64,000 nt of DNA, taken from NCBI GenBank assembly GCA_044229975.1, contig JBGARZ010000006.1:64001-128000 (forward strand). Reading direction: 5' to 3'. The position numbers were made by a program, and so were the translations under genes. This document shows positions 38,920 to 53,584 of this stretch, piece by piece (within the stretch, counting starts at the first letter, position 1; each line of letters begins with the position of its first letter). Under the pieces are notes generated by a model, which worked only from the letters and a program-made list of their open reading frames with translations, ran no database searches and was not told the origin of the DNA. Source of the DNA: Polyangiales bacterium. Lineage in GTDB: Bacteria; Myxococcota_A; Polyangia; Polyangiales; Ga0077539.

Positions 38920-40971
38920 TCAGAACTTGTAGGTGATGCCGAGGCGGAGGTTGACCGGCAGCGCGGAGTCCCAGAAGGACGTGGTCAGCACGCGGCGCGA
39001 CACGTTGGAGCCGACGTTGACGGGGCCGCCGTTGCCGGGGTCCTGGATCTCCTCGGGGAAGGGCAGGTAGAGCTGCGCGCCCGCGACGAAGGAGAGGTGG
39101 CGGAAGAGGCCCAGCTCGGCGACGAGCCCGACGTACCCGCGCGCGGTGTTGGCCACGTTGCATGAGCCATCTTCCGAGGCGCCGTTGTCGGGCACGCCGC
39201 CGCTCAGACGGCGGTTGTCGCAGAGGGTGAAGTTGCCCGTGGCGTTGGAGAGCCGCGGGTTGAGCCCGCCGGGGTTGTCGAGGTTGAACTCGGCGCCGCC
39301 GTTGATGGAGATGGTGAACGCCCCGAGGCCGCCCACGGGCTCGCGGCCGCTGGCCGTCTCGCGGTCGCTGCCCATGTTGAAGTGGAACGACAGGTTGCCC
39401 TGCAGCACCAGCCCGAAGCCGCGCGACGACTTGAACCCGAGGGCGCCGTACGCGCGCACTTCGCCGCCGACGGCGATGAGGTCGTTGGCGAAGCGCCAGC
39501 CGGCGCGCGACCGCAGCTCGAACTCGTACCAGTCGAAGCGCGTGCGAATCGAGAGGCCGCCGTCGATGGCGAAGTTGCCGAAGCTGGGGAAGGTGTTGTT
39601 GGGCACGAAGCCCATGGTGGCGCGCAGCTCCAGGGGCATCGCGCCGTAGCTGAGGATGGCGTCGAAGGCGCCGTCGCCGCGGGTGAGCGGCGCGGCGCCG
39701 AAGGTGCTGATGCCCGCGCGGCGGCGCGCGATGTCGATGGGCTGCGGGCCCTGCGGTGCGGGCGGCGCGACGACCGTGCGCACGAGGGCGACGTTGAGCT
39801 CGCAGGCCTGCGTCTCGGTCACGCTGCACGACTGGGTGTAGTCGTTGAAGCCGGGCGCGCGCACGAGCACGGTGATGTCGCCGTAGGGCGCGTCGGCGCG
39901 GGAGAAGCGCCCCTGGCCGACGCGCTCGCTGTTGATGAAGATCTCGGCCTCGGGGTTGGCCGGCGCCGTGATGGACACGCGGCCGTGCGCGGCGGAGACG
40001 GCGAGGTCGCTGTCGGCGAGCTCGACGACCAGCGGGGCGCCGGCGACGACGGTGACGTCGCGGCGCAGGGGCTCGCGGCCCGGCGCGGCGACGCGGAGGC
40101 TGTGCTGCCCCGGCGCGACGTTGGCCTGGTCGACGCGGCCGCCGGAGACGGTGAGCGACTCGCCGTCGAGGAAGACCTGCGCGCCCGCGACAGGAACGAT
40201 GACCCGCAGGCTGCCGGACGTAGCGGCGGCGGCCTCGAGGTCGATGGCGATGGCCTGCACCTGACCCGCGGCGACGGTCACCTCGCGGCGCGTCGAGCGG
40301 AAGCCCGTGGCCGACACCTGCACGATGTGCGTCCCGGGCTGCACCGTATCGGCGGACGGGGGCGTGCCGGTGAGGGGCGCGCCGTCGAGGGTGACCTGGA
40401 GGTCGCCGGGCACCGCGCCGTTGGGGTTGGACACCACGACGCGCACGGTGCCCGTCGGGGCGACGCGCGGGCGGAGCGTGACGTTGACGGTGGCGAGCTG
40501 CCCGGAGGTGACGTTGACGGTCTCGCGCACGGGCTCGCGGCCCTCCATGCGGAGCTCGATGATGTGGGCGCCCGGCGGGACGTTGTTGAGGCGACCCGGG
40601 GTGACGCCCATCTGGGTGCCGTCGAGGAAGATGGGCGCGCCGTCGACGTCGGCGGCGACGTAGATGTTGCCGCCCTGCACGAGCGCGAGGGTGAAGGGGC
40701 GCGGGTTGCGCGCGGCGACGGTGACGTCGAGGGTGCCCTGCACGTAGCCCGGGAGGTCGAAGAACAACCGGTGCGGGCCCTGCGCGACGGAGGCGCGCGG
40801 GAGCGGCGTCTGGCCGAGCGGCGGCGCGGTCGCGTTGTCGACGCGCACGGTGGCGCCGGGCGGGGTCGACTGGATGTTGATCACGCGGCGCGGCTGCGCC
40901 CACGAGGGCGAGGCGGCGATGCAGACCGCGATGGCGCTGACGGACGAAATGAGCTTCGAGCGAAGATGCAT
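38920..40971 (-). CDS. PEGA-repeat secreted protein with C-terminal beta-barrel-like region
   Basis: Multiple STPPGATV.VD / GA.IFLDG...G.TP PEGA units; ends LGITYKF. Confidence 0.88.
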   Translation of the reverse strand: MHLRSKLISSVSAIAVCIAASPSWAQPRRVINIQSTPPGATVRVDNATAPPLGQTPLPRASVAQGPHRLFFDLPGYVQGTLDVTVAARNPRPFTLALVQGGNIYVAADVDGAPIFLDGTQMGVTPGRLNNVPPGAHIIELRMEGREPVRETVNVTSGQLATVNVTLRPRVAPTGTVRVVVSNPNGAVPGDLQVTLDGAPLTGTPPSADTVQPGTHIVQVSATGFRSTRREVTVAAGQVQAIAIDLEAAAATSGSLRVIVPVAGAQVFLDGESLTVSGGRVDQANVAPGQHSLRVAAPGREPLRRDVTVVAGAPLVVELADSDLAVSAAHGRVSITAPANPEAEIFINSERVGQGRFSRADAPYGDITVLVRAPGFNDYTQSCSVTETQACELNVALVRTVVAPPAPQGPQPIDIARRRAGISTFGAAPLTRGDGAFDAILSYGAMPLELRATMGFVPNNTFPSFGNFAIDGGLSIRTRFDWYEFELRSRAGWRFANDLIAVGGEVRAYGALGFKSSRGFGLVLQGNLSFHFNMGSDRETASGREPVGGLGAFTISINGGAEFNLDNPGGLNPRLSNATGNFTLCDNRRLSGGVPDNGASEDGSCNVANTARGYVGLVAELGLFRHLSFVAGAQLYLPFPEEIQDPGNGGPVNVGSNVSRRVLTTSFWDSALPVNLRLGITYKF

Positions 40972-41148
40972 GGGCTTGTGGTTCCTCCCGGTGGGGACGT
41001 CGCTTCCGAGCGACCACGGGAATACAGCCCGTGCGGGAGAAACAAAAGGCCCACCGCGTAGTGGTGCACCGTGCCGCACCCCGCCGACAGGGTCGCGGGG
41101 AGAGGCAGTGAATATTGCTGGAAAGGTGAGGAGGAGGGAGGCGGTCAG

Positions 41149-41179
41149 CCGGGGCGGTGTCGATTGATCACCGCCCCGG
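41149..41179 (-). terminator. GC-rich hairpin just downstream of the metalloprotease gene
   Basis: ccggggcggtg / caccgccccgg stem; no clear U-tract. Confidence 0.45.
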
Positions 41180-41194
41180 TCGACTGGCGGCTGC

Positions 41195-44100
41195 TCAGCG
41201 CAGCATGCCGTAGCCGAGGATGCGCGAGATGTTCCGCGTGGCGTCGATGAGGCCGACGTAGTTGCGGTACACCGCGAGCCGGCGCGCCTGGCGCGTCTGG
41301 GACGTCGGCGAAGCGGGCTGGAGGGCGCCGGCCGCGTTGCGGATGAGCCGCGGGCGACCGTCGAGGTCGAGCACGGGGCGACCGCCGTTGGCGGCGTCGC
41401 GCTCGACGAGATAGGTGTCGGCCAGCAGGGCGTTGGCGTGCTGGATCATGCGCGACGCGATGCCGCGGTCGACCAGGCGACCACCCGCGAGGGCGGTGAG
41501 GCCGGGGTCGGTGCCGTAGCGGCGCGCCGTGTAGACGATGCCGGTGTCCGGGTTGAAGAACCGGATGCGCTCGGCCTCGGGGATGTCCACGGCCTCGGCG
41601 CCGCCCTCGGTGAAGATCCTCATCTTGTTGATGAGGGTGAGGTCGGTGTTGAGCGACGAGAACAGCATCGAGTAGATGACCGCCGGGAGCTGCTGGCGGT
41701 ACCCGATGTTCGGGAAGGTCAGCAGCGCGCCCGCGGGGCGAGCGGGGACCATGTTCGACGCGAGGGCCGGCAGGTCGACCGCGGCGGAGTTACCCGCGGT
41801 GGTCGCCGGGATGGCGTGCATCGCGACGGTCGCCCAGTCCTCGGAGAGGATGCCGCCCAGGAGGCGGTCGAGGGCGTTGGGGATGTCGGTCGCGAAGTTC
41901 ACCTGGAACTCACGGCCGTCGAGGTAGAGGTTGCGGGTCACGCTCGAGAAGGTCGGGCGCGTGTCCGTGAGCATGATCGCGGCGAAGTTCTTCTCGATCG
42001 AAGCACCCTCGCGCGTGGCGTACGACTGGTAGTCCAGCGAGCCGCCCTGGCCGTTGTCGAAGTCGTCCGCGATGTAGCGGCCGTCGACGATGCCGATGTT
42101 GAACCGCGGCGCCGGCGCGTCGGGGTTGGCGTCATAGATGACCGTGCTGGCCGAGCGGAGCTCGGGGGTGCTGCGGTCTTCGTCGGCGGCCGACGACTCG
42201 TTCGACGGCGCGAAGTTGCCCGGCTCCGGCATGAGCATCACGCGGGCGAAGAAGTTGAACATCTCCGTCTGCGCGGCCAGCGTCGGGGCGAGGGCGTTGT
42301 CGCTGTTGCCCACGATGTTGAAGATCGCGTCGCTGTAGTTGCCGCGGTACGACGCGTAGTCGCGCGCCACGGTCCAGTGGTAGCCGCGCACCAGGCGGAA
42401 CATGCGCGACGACACGGCCGACGAGACGTTCCACGAGGCCCACTCGCGGTTGCCGCGGCGGAAGTACATCGAGGGGTAGGTCAGGTCGTACTTCCGGGTG
42501 ATCGAGCGGGAGACCTCGTAGATGTCCGCGCCCTGGTCGAAGTAGTTGATGTGGGGGTAGCCCGTGCCACGGTCCCAGGACACGCGGTAGCGCCAGCGCA
42601 GCGAGCCCTCGCCGTTGCTGACGGTGCGCCCGGAGTCGGGCGAGCCGTCGCGGACGCGCCACGAGGGAGCGGCCACGTCGGGGTCGCCGAGCCCATCGGG
42701 CCGGTCGTCGTTGGAGTCGTACGCCTCGGACGTCTCCATGTCGGAGAGCGCGGCGTGGTCGCGCGAGGAGAAGCGGCAGATCTTGCCGTCCACCAGGCGC
42801 CAGCGGTAGCGGGCCTGCTCCTCCGGCGTGGCGTCGCGGCAGAAGCTCGGGTCGAACACGTTGAGCTGGCGCGCCATCTCCGTGTAGTGCACCAGGCTCA
42901 GACCGGCCGCGTTGGCCTCGTCCGGATCCGGCGGGGTGGTCGAGAGCTGCGGGTCCGCGTAGTTCGCGATGTACTTCTCCGAGAGCTGCGAGCGGAGGTT
43001 CCACGAGTAGCGACGCTGGGCGGTGGCGTTCATGCCGCCGCGGGCAGCGTCGGTCTCCATCGTCTCGACGACGCGGCCGTACATCACGCCCATGGCGTAG
43101 ATGTCGTACGACCCGAGGCCCACGGTCTCGCCGAAGCGCTCCCACTGGTACTCCATGGTCGACGTGTTGCCGAAGTAGGTGATGCCCGCGTGGTGGTTGC
43201 CCGCCGCGAGGTCACGGAGGCCGAGCTCCTCGTCGGTCTCCTGGTCGATGGGGCGCGGGCCCATGCAGTTGTCGGCGTTGCGGTCCGCCGCGCGAATCGA
43301 CGCGCAGGTCGCCGCGTCCTGGGTGCAGGTCGCGGGGCGGCAGCTCTGGGCGGCCGTACCGTTGCGGGTGCGGAGCTGCCAGTACTGCGGGTTGTAGTTC
43401 ATCGAGTCGTAGCTCGACACCGGCAGGTGGTAGAGCCCGATGCTGTGCCCGACCTCGTGCAGCGCGATGCCCTTGTAGGCTTCGATGCGGAGGTCCTGGA
43501 GGATGCGGGCGTTGCGCGCTTCCTTGGTGAGGGAGCGGTAGCGCTGCGCGAACCAGCGGGCGACGCCCTGGATGTCGGTCGAACCCACCAGGATGGGGGC
43601 GCCGGCGTCCTGGAAGCAGAAGCCGCGGTTCTCGAGGCGCGACATGAGGCGGTCGCGCATGTCGGTCGCCCACTCCGGGTCCATGCGCCGCAGGGGCGAG
43701 GCCTGGTTGAGGGTGTTGCTGTCGAGCGAGGTGAGGGCCGCGGTCGGATTGACCCCAGCGGCGCGGAGCCACTGCTGATCGATCATGTCGGTCTCGTAGC
43801 GGGTGCCGCGCAGCAGGTTGGCCTGCTGCTGGAACGCCACCGCGGTCTGCGACAGGCCGTTGTTGACCGGCGCGGTGTTGGTCGTCTGGTTGAATTCGCG
43901 GAGCACCGCGGCTTCGATGGTGGCGTTTTCGCCGGTGCCGGCGCCGAGGGCGGCGGCCGCGTGGGCGGCGTCCGGGCTGGCGGCGCGCTCGGCGATGGTC
44001 TCCGCGTTGGCGCGGTCACGGCCCGAGCCGATCACGTTGGCCGCGGGGTTGCGGATGTACTGCGTGAGGCTCTGCGCCGCGGCGTTGCTCGTGTACGTCT

Positions 44101-46078
44101 CGACCGTGAGGTCATCGAGGTTGGGGTCGAGCTCGTGCATGATCAGGCGGATGTAATCGCGCTGCTGACCCGCGGCGGCCTCGACCGAGCGGCCCATGTT
44201 GAAGCCGCCGTTGGAGACGACCTCGCCGGTGAGCGGATCGTAGCCCCAGTGGGCGATGCCGCCGAAGGGCGCGCGGCTGTTGCCGGGCCAGTAGGAGACG
44301 TGGTTGTAGCGCACGTCGCCGAGGCGAACGGCGTAGCCGGGCTCGCGGCAGGCGGTGCTGTCATCCGTGCGCACCGGGTTGTGGCAGAGCACGACGCCGC
44401 GCGGGGTGACGGGCGAGCCCGCCGGGTCGGTCTTCGGGTCGTCGCCGAGGAAGGCGCCGAGGTGCTGCGAGACCAGCTCCGCGTTGAAGTACCGGCTGTG
44501 GCAGGTGTCGCGATCGCCGCCGCCACGGGTGGGGCCGACGCGGCGACACTCGACCTCGCGGGCCGAGGCGACCGCGCGACGGATGGCGATGTCCCAGGAG
44601 TTGATGATCTCCTCGGTGGCGCCGGTGACGAAGTTGGTGCGCTCGCCGCTGGCGCGACGCGCGGTGGCTTCAGCCTGCGTCGGGAAGCGGTACGTGAGCG
44701 TACCGTTGGCGGCCTCGACCTCGACGTGGTCCTGGAACTCCGCCGGCATCTCGGGGTTGGTGTAGTAGGCGATCGGGCGGACGGTGCGCTCGCGGTAGGG
44801 CAGCGTGCAGCGGCCCATGACGGTGTCGCACTGGGAGCCCGGGTGGCTCGGGATGGTGACGCCCGCGGCCGTGCGGCCCTCGCACGCGTCGGCGGTGCCG
44901 TTGGAGTCGGCGTCGACGTTGCCGTCGATGATGCCGTCCTGGTTCGCGTCGACCGTTGAGCAGGTGAACTGCGGGTCGAGGTGCGAGCGCTCCCAGATGT
45001 TGTGGATCATCTGGTAGCGGTGGAAGTTGCGGTCCTGCGTCCCGTAGTTGGGGTCGTAGCCGTTGCGGGTCGCGCGCGGGCCGCCGACGAGGTCGTACGG
45101 CTGGCGGGTGAGCTCCAGCGGCTGGAAGTCGCGGTCTTCGACGCGCCGGAAGGAGGTGCGGATGGTCGCCTCCTGCGGGTTGCAGTCGTAGACGTCGCTG
45201 CCGGTGAAGAAGTTGATGACGAGGCAGGTCGGGAGCGTGCCGCCGAAGGCGTCGCTGGACTCCGGGTTGACCAGCCACTTGGAGGTGACGTCGAAGTAGC
45301 CGCCGTTGTTGTTGCGGGGGTTGGCGCTACGGACGCACTGCCCGGTGGTGGTGTCGCGCACCATGCCGGGCTCCATCTCGCAGAAGTTCGGCGCGTTGGG
45401 CGACAGCGGGTTCTGCTCGTAGTAGCGCACCGGCTGGAACGACAGGCCGCCGAAGAGCGCGCCGTAGAAGAGCCCCGACCAGTCGGGGTTGTCGACCATG
45501 TTGTTGGACCAGTCGACGCGCATGAACTCGCGCTCGTACCAGGGCCGGTCGGTGACGTTCTCCTGGATGACGTTGATCTCTTCGCCGGTGGTCGGGTTGT
45601 AGGCCCGGCGCACGTCGAAGTGGCTCTCGATGCGGTACGCCGCGACGATGATGCCCGTCTCGGTGCGACCGCGGACGCCGCGGCCGTCGGAGCCGGTGAC
45701 GTACTCGTACGCCTTGCGGGCGAGCAGGACGTCCTCCTGGATCTCCCACCGGATGCGGTCGACGTCGTCGTAGGTGCCGACCGGCAGCAGCGACTGCGAG
45801 GACGGCGCGTCGACGACGAAGTTGTTGACGTAGAACTCAGGATTATCGCTGGCATCCTGGAGGTTCTGCCCGACAAAGAAGGTCTTGCTGACCCTCGCCG
45901 GTCGGGTCTGATCGATCGGATCCCGCTCCTGCGCGCAGTCGGCGTTGCCCACTGCAAGACCGCCGAGGAGGAGCGCGCCGACCGCTCTCCCTCGCCAGAA
46001 CCGACGTGCCGGGGTCATCCCCCTGCGAGCGCCACGATTTTCCTGTTCATCAGACATCGTCTCGAACCTCCCATTCAC
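41195..46078 (-). CDS. Very large secreted zinc-dependent metalloprotease (metzincin) lipoprotein
   Basis: HEVGHSIGLYH zinc motif, STMEY Met-turn, N-terminal signal peptide with Cys; exact start uncertain (46078, 46057 or 46018). Confidence 0.85.
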   Translation of the reverse strand: MNGRFETMSDEQENRGARRGMTPARRFWRGRAVGALLLGGLAVGNADCAQERDPIDQTRPARVSKTFFVGQNLQDASDNPEFYVNNFVVDAPSSQSLLPVGTYDDVDRIRWEIQEDVLLARKAYEYVTGSDGRGVRGRTETGIIVAAYRIESHFDVRRAYNPTTGEEINVIQENVTDRPWYEREFMRVDWSNNMVDNPDWSGLFYGALFGGLSFQPVRYYEQNPLSPNAPNFCEMEPGMVRDTTTGQCVRSANPRNNNGGYFDVTSKWLVNPESSDAFGGTLPTCLVINFFTGSDVYDCNPQEATIRTSFRRVEDRDFQPLELTRQPYDLVGGPRATRNGYDPNYGTQDRNFHRYQMIHNIWERSHLDPQFTCSTVDANQDGIIDGNVDADSNGTADACEGRTAAGVTIPSHPGSQCDTVMGRCTLPYRERTVRPIAYYTNPEMPAEFQDHVEVEAANGTLTYRFPTQAEATARRASGERTNFVTGATEEIINSWDIAIRRAVASAREVECRRVGPTRGGGDRDTCHSRYFNAELVSQHLGAFLGDDPKTDPAGSPVTPRGVVLCHNPVRTDDSTACREPGYAVRLGDVRYNHVSYWPGNSRAPFGGIAHWGYDPLTGEVVSNGGFNMGRSVEAAAGQQRDYIRLIMHELDPNLDDLTVETYTSNAAAQSLTQYIRNPAANVIGSGRDRANAETIAERAASPDAAHAAAALGAGTGENATIEAAVLREFNQTTNTAPVNNGLSQTAVAFQQQANLLRGTRYETDMIDQQWLRAAGVNPTAALTSLDSNTLNQASPLRRMDPEWATDMRDRLMSRLENRGFCFQDAGAPILVGSTDIQGVARWFAQRYRSLTKEARNARILQDLRIEAYKGIALHEVGHSIGLYHLPVSSYDSMNYNPQYWQLRTRNGTAAQSCRPATCTQDAATCASIRAADRNADNCMGPRPIDQETDEELGLRDLAAGNHHAGITYFGNTSTMEYQWERFGETVGLGSYDIYAMGVMYGRVVETMETDAARGGMNATAQRRYSWNLRSQLSEKYIANYADPQLSTTPPDPDEANAAGLSLVHYTEMARQLNVFDPSFCRDATPEEQARYRWRLVDGKICRFSSRDHAALSDMETSEAYDSNDDRPDGLGDPDVAAPSWRVRDGSPDSGRTVSNGEGSLRWRYRVSWDRGTGYPHINYFDQGADIYEVSRSITRKYDLTYPSMYFRRGNREWASWNVSSAVSSRMFRLVRGYHWTVARDYASYRGNYSDAIFNIVGNSDNALAPTLAAQTEMFNFFARVMLMPEPGNFAPSNESSAADEDRSTPELRSASTVIYDANPDAPAPRFNIGIVDGRYIADDFDNGQGGSLDYQSYATREGASIEKNFAAIMLTDTRPTFSSVTRNLYLDGREFQVNFATDIPNALDRLLGGILSEDWATVAMHAIPATTAGNSAAVDLPALASNMVPARPAGALLTFPNIGYRQQLPAVIYSMLFSSLNTDLTLINKMRIFTEGGAEAVDIPEAERIRFFNPDTGIVYTARRYGTDPGLTALAGGRLVDRGIASRMIQHANALLADTYLVERDAANGGRPVLDLDGRPRLIRNAAGALQPASPTSQTRQARRLAVYRNYVGLIDATRNISRILGYGMLR

Positions 46079-46107
46079 GTAACGGAGAGAAGTGAACCAT
46101 CCAGAGC

Positions 46108-46123
46108 AGCAAGCCCGGTGCCA
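46108..46123 (-). promoter_or_regulatory. Sigma-54 (-24/-12) promoter
   Basis: Minus strand TGGCACCGGGCTTGCT = TGGCAC-N5-TTGC(A/T), immediately upstream of the metalloprotease. Confidence 0.75.
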
Positions 46124-46250
46124 TACGCAACAGCGCTGGAATACAGGCCATTCGCAGGGATGGCAGGTCGCGCGTTAGAAACCTGACCGTGCGAGCGCGC
46201 GGAACCTACCGGAGCGCCCCGAGGCTGTCACGGGGGGGTCACAGCCGACC

Positions 46251-48023
<1,773 letters not shown>

Positions 48024-48056
48024 GTGAGGCGCGCGGAGTATCTCACGACTCGCGCG

Positions 48057-49529
48057 TCAGCCCATCTCGTGCGGCATCAAGTCTCGCGGCGAGCGGAAGT
48101 AGTGCATGGGCGAGTAGTTGGCGAGGTTGGACACCCGCGACGTGTACAGGCAGGCGTAGTGCTCCACCTGGTCGCCGAAGGAGCTGAGCTCGACGCCCTG
48201 CTTGAAGAGCGACCCCCAGTACGGGTGGAAGATCGTCTGCACGCTGCGCGACATCTCCCGCGCCCGCAGCTCCTGCGCGCGCAACGCGCCCTTCAGCCCT
48301 TCGATGGCCATGCGCGCCTCGTTGGCCGCGCCCTCGTCCACCTTGCCCTTGCGCGTCGCGGCCCGGTAGCGGCCCTGGTAGATGCGCAGCTCGTCTTCGA
48401 GCATGTCGCGCCGGCGGGCCAGCGAGTCGATGAGCGCCACCTCGTCGTGGGTGCGCGCCATGGCCTCCATCTCCCAGTCCATCTCCTGCACCACCAGCAC
48501 GGTGCGCCAGGAGGAGTCCTTCTTGCTGCGGAGGATGTCGCCGAAGATGTGGTCGCCCACGTAGACGATGGCGTCGCCGTACGCGCGGATCATCCGCTCG
48601 AAGTCCTTGAGGTTGCCCTGCTCGTACACGCGGCCGCGCTCCAGCGTGTAGGCCGGGTTGACGCTCTCGACCGGGCCGTCGACGGTGCGTTCGAGGAAGG
48701 GCCGCTTCTCGGTGAAGAACGTCGGCTTGCCCGCGGCCACGCTCACCACGTCGAAGTACTGCCGCCACGACGAGTACTCCGGCATCGCCCCGTGCAGCAG
48801 GAACTTCATCATCCGATCGGTGTAAGCCCACCGCGAGTTGGTCAGCAGGAAGAGCTTCTTCCCCGACGAGCGCAGCTTGTGGAGCGTCGAGGCCAGCAGC
48901 GGGTCCTTCTCGACGAAGCGCGGCAGGTCGTTGGCGATGACGTCGACGATGGAGCCGTCGCGGTGCGCCTCGTCGATGCACTCGCGAATGTCGTCGAAGA
49001 GCTGCTGGTAGTCGACGTGCACCCCGTACGCGTCGAGAACGTCCACGGCGCCCGCGTACACGGCGGCCTCGGGGAGCGCGTAGAGCGTGTCGATCCAGTG
49101 GTAGCGGCCGCCGACGACCCGCACCTTGCGCGTCTCGTAGAGGGCGTGGCGCACCTCGCGGTCGAGCTCCTTCATCCCGTGGTAGGCGCGGCCCACGTAG
49201 CGGTAGCGGTCCATCTTGAGGACGTGGCCGAGCTTCTTGTCGATGAGCAGTCCGCGGATGGCGAAGCTGGGGTCGAAGCGGGCCTCCGCCAGAAACGGCG
49301 GATACCCCCGGTCGACCATCTTCTTCACCGTCGCCTCGATGGAGAGCTTGTCGATCTCCTCCTGTTTGTAGATGGCGAGCGTGTAGTCCATGTCGAAGCC
49401 GACCCACTCGGCCGTCTCCATCCGCAGGCTGCGGTTGACGTACACCCGGCGGTCGCGCCGCAGCGCCGACAGCGGCCCCCCGGCCTGTTCGTCGCCCACG
49501 TTGGGGAGCTTCAACTGCGTCTCGTCCAT
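48057..49529 (-). CDS. HAD-IG family 5'-nucleotidase (cN-II-like)
   Basis: GFDMDYTL, FLLTNS, KP.FF, YVGDHIFGDI, YA.LYTSRVSN. Confidence 0.93.
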   Translation of the reverse strand: MDETQLKLPNVGDEQAGGPLSALRRDRRVYVNRSLRMETAEWVGFDMDYTLAIYKQEEIDKLSIEATVKKMVDRGYPPFLAEARFDPSFAIRGLLIDKKLGHVLKMDRYRYVGRAYHGMKELDREVRHALYETRKVRVVGGRYHWIDTLYALPEAAVYAGAVDVLDAYGVHVDYQQLFDDIRECIDEAHRDGSIVDVIANDLPRFVEKDPLLASTLHKLRSSGKKLFLLTNSRWAYTDRMMKFLLHGAMPEYSSWRQYFDVVSVAAGKPTFFTEKRPFLERTVDGPVESVNPAYTLERGRVYEQGNLKDFERMIRAYGDAIVYVGDHIFGDILRSKKDSSWRTVLVVQEMDWEMEAMARTHDEVALIDSLARRRDMLEDELRIYQGRYRAATRKGKVDEGAANEARMAIEGLKGALRAQELRAREMSRSVQTIFHPYWGSLFKQGVELSSFGDQVEHYACLYTSRVSNLANYSPMHYFRSPRDLMPHEMG

Positions 49530-49670
49530 CGGGCCTATCGTCGCCTCGGGTGCCCGCGAGGTGCAACGGGGGACTTGACGCTCCCGGTGGTTCGGGTATC
49601 CATCGCGGCCCCGCGCTGCGCGGCGGACTCCAGAGTTCCAGCCCTTACCTCTCACCCCAAGACGACCACC

Positions 49671-49904
49671 ATGGCCAAGAGCGACATCACCGGGACGCGG
49701 CGCAAGATCGCCAACAAGGTCTCGCACTCGAACATCAAGACCAAGCGCTGGCAGTTCCCCAACCTCCAGGAGCGCCGGTTGTTCGTGCCCGAGCTCGGCC
49801 GCCACGTGCGCATCACCCTGAGCACCAGCGACCTCCGCACCGTCGACCGCATCGGCCTCGTCGCCTACGCGGCCCGCTTCGGCGTCGACGTCTCCAAGCT
49901 GTAG
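49671..49904 (+). CDS. rpmB: 50S ribosomal protein L28
   Basis: ITG...ANKVSHSNIKTKRWQFPNLQ...LRTVDRIG. Confidence 0.95.
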   Translation: MAKSDITGTRRKIANKVSHSNIKTKRWQFPNLQERRLFVPELGRHVRITLSTSDLRTVDRIGLVAYAARFGVDVSKL

Positions 49905-49921
49905 TCAGCGCCCCGCCTCGT

Positions 49922-49982
49922 AACGAAGCGCCCCCTCCCCGTCCCCTCCGCCAGGAGGAGCCGGAGCGGGGGCGTCGTTCGT

Positions 49983-49983
<1 letters not shown>
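49922..49983. terminator. Possible bidirectional hairpin between rpmB and glgP
   Basis: aacgaa.cgccccc ... gggggcg.cgttcgtt between convergent stops. Confidence 0.45.
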
Positions 49984-52466
<2,483 letters not shown>

Positions 52467-52671
52467 TGGGCTCTACCTCTCGATCGAAGCGGTTTGGGCG
52501 ATGAAACCCCAAACCGCAGGGCCGAACGATAGAAAAAATGGGGGGCCACAAACGCGTGAGGGTTTGTTATGAATCCCGCGCGGGTCGAAGACGTAGTGAC
52601 GGGTCGCACGGCCCGGAAGACGATCTCAACGGTCGCGCGATGTCTCAACGCCTGAAGGAGTGTAGACGACG

Positions 52672-53175
52672 ATGAACAACAAGATGCTCAGTGTGGTGGG
52701 TCTCCTCGGTGCGCTCGCGGTCTCCGGCTACGGCAGCCAGGTGACGGCGCAGGGCGCGCTCCAGATCGGCGGCCGCACCGCCAACTTCGGCACCCGCCGC
52801 GTGGCCCCCGGCTTCGTCCCCGACCCCATCAACGTGGCGGTCACCTCGGGCGGCGCCATCGACGCCCGCAACCTGGGCCTCGGCGCCGGCTGCACCGGCT
52901 TCGTCACCCGTCAGCCCGACTACATCGTCAACCTGACCGGCACCTCGTCCAGCCTGCGCTTCTACGTGACGGCGCCCGGCGACACGACCCTCCTCGTCAA
53001 CACCGCGGGTGGCCAGTGGGTCTGCAACGACGACTCGTGGGGCGGCACCAACCCCACCGTCGACATCCCCAACGCCGGCGCGGGCCAGTACGACATCTGG
53101 ATCGGCTCCTACCGGTCGGGCGAGCAGATCCGCGGCGCGCTCCACATCACCGAGCTCTCCTCCAACCACCCGTGA
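52672..53175 (+). CDS. Secreted PPC-like beta-sandwich protein
   Basis: Signal peptide; GFVPDP, CTGFV...PD, DTTLLVN, CNDDS, GQYDIWIGSY. Confidence 0.75.
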   Translation: MNNKMLSVVGLLGALAVSGYGSQVTAQGALQIGGRTANFGTRRVAPGFVPDPINVAVTSGGAIDARNLGLGAGCTGFVTRQPDYIVNLTGTSSSLRFYVTAPGDTTLLVNTAGGQWVCNDDSWGGTNPTVDIPNAGAGQYDIWIGSYRSGEQIRGALHITELSSNHP

Positions 53176-53190
53176 AGTCAGCCGCGAGCG

Positions 53191-53535
53191 TCACCCGACG
53201 CTCGGCTTGACCTCGATCGCGTCTCCGCCGCCCTTCGCGGCGTTCTCCTTCGCAACCTCTTCAGCGTCCTCGTACTTCGCGGCCTTGGTCGCGAGGTACC
53301 CGAGGGCAATTCCGGTCATCCCCACGTCGTCGAGCCACCCGAGGATCGGCAGCAGGTCGGGGATCGCGTCGGCCGGCCAGACAACGTAAGCGAGGGCCAG
53401 CACCACCAACGCCTTCGGCATCTTCGGCGCCTGCGGGTCGCGCAAGAAGCGCCAGAGACGACGCGGTGAAGAGAGCACCGCGAGAGCACCACGCTGACTG
53501 CGAGACAGGTTGGGCGAGGCCGTCGGTTGCGTCAT
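53191..53535 (-). CDS. YkvA/DUF1232 family membrane protein
   Basis: LAYVVWPADAIPDLLPILGWLDD. Confidence 0.9.
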   Translation of the reverse strand: MTQPTASPNLSRSQRGALAVLSSPRRLWRFLRDPQAPKMPKALVVLALAYVVWPADAIPDLLPILGWLDDVGMTGIALGYLATKAAKYEDAEEVAKENAAKGGGDAIEVKPSVG

Positions 53536-53584
53536 GGATGGGAGTAGTAGCCACCGCGGAGGGAGAAGGCCACACTCGCTCGCG

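Noticed and set aside
49671..49904. L28 lacking Cys (possible Zur-regulated paralogue)
   Set aside because: Cys-poor L28 is common and no Zur box was recognised.
52485..52517. Hairpin cggtttggg/cccaaaccg upstream of glgP as a riboswitch
   Set aside because: A single short stem with no recognisable aptamer consensus.
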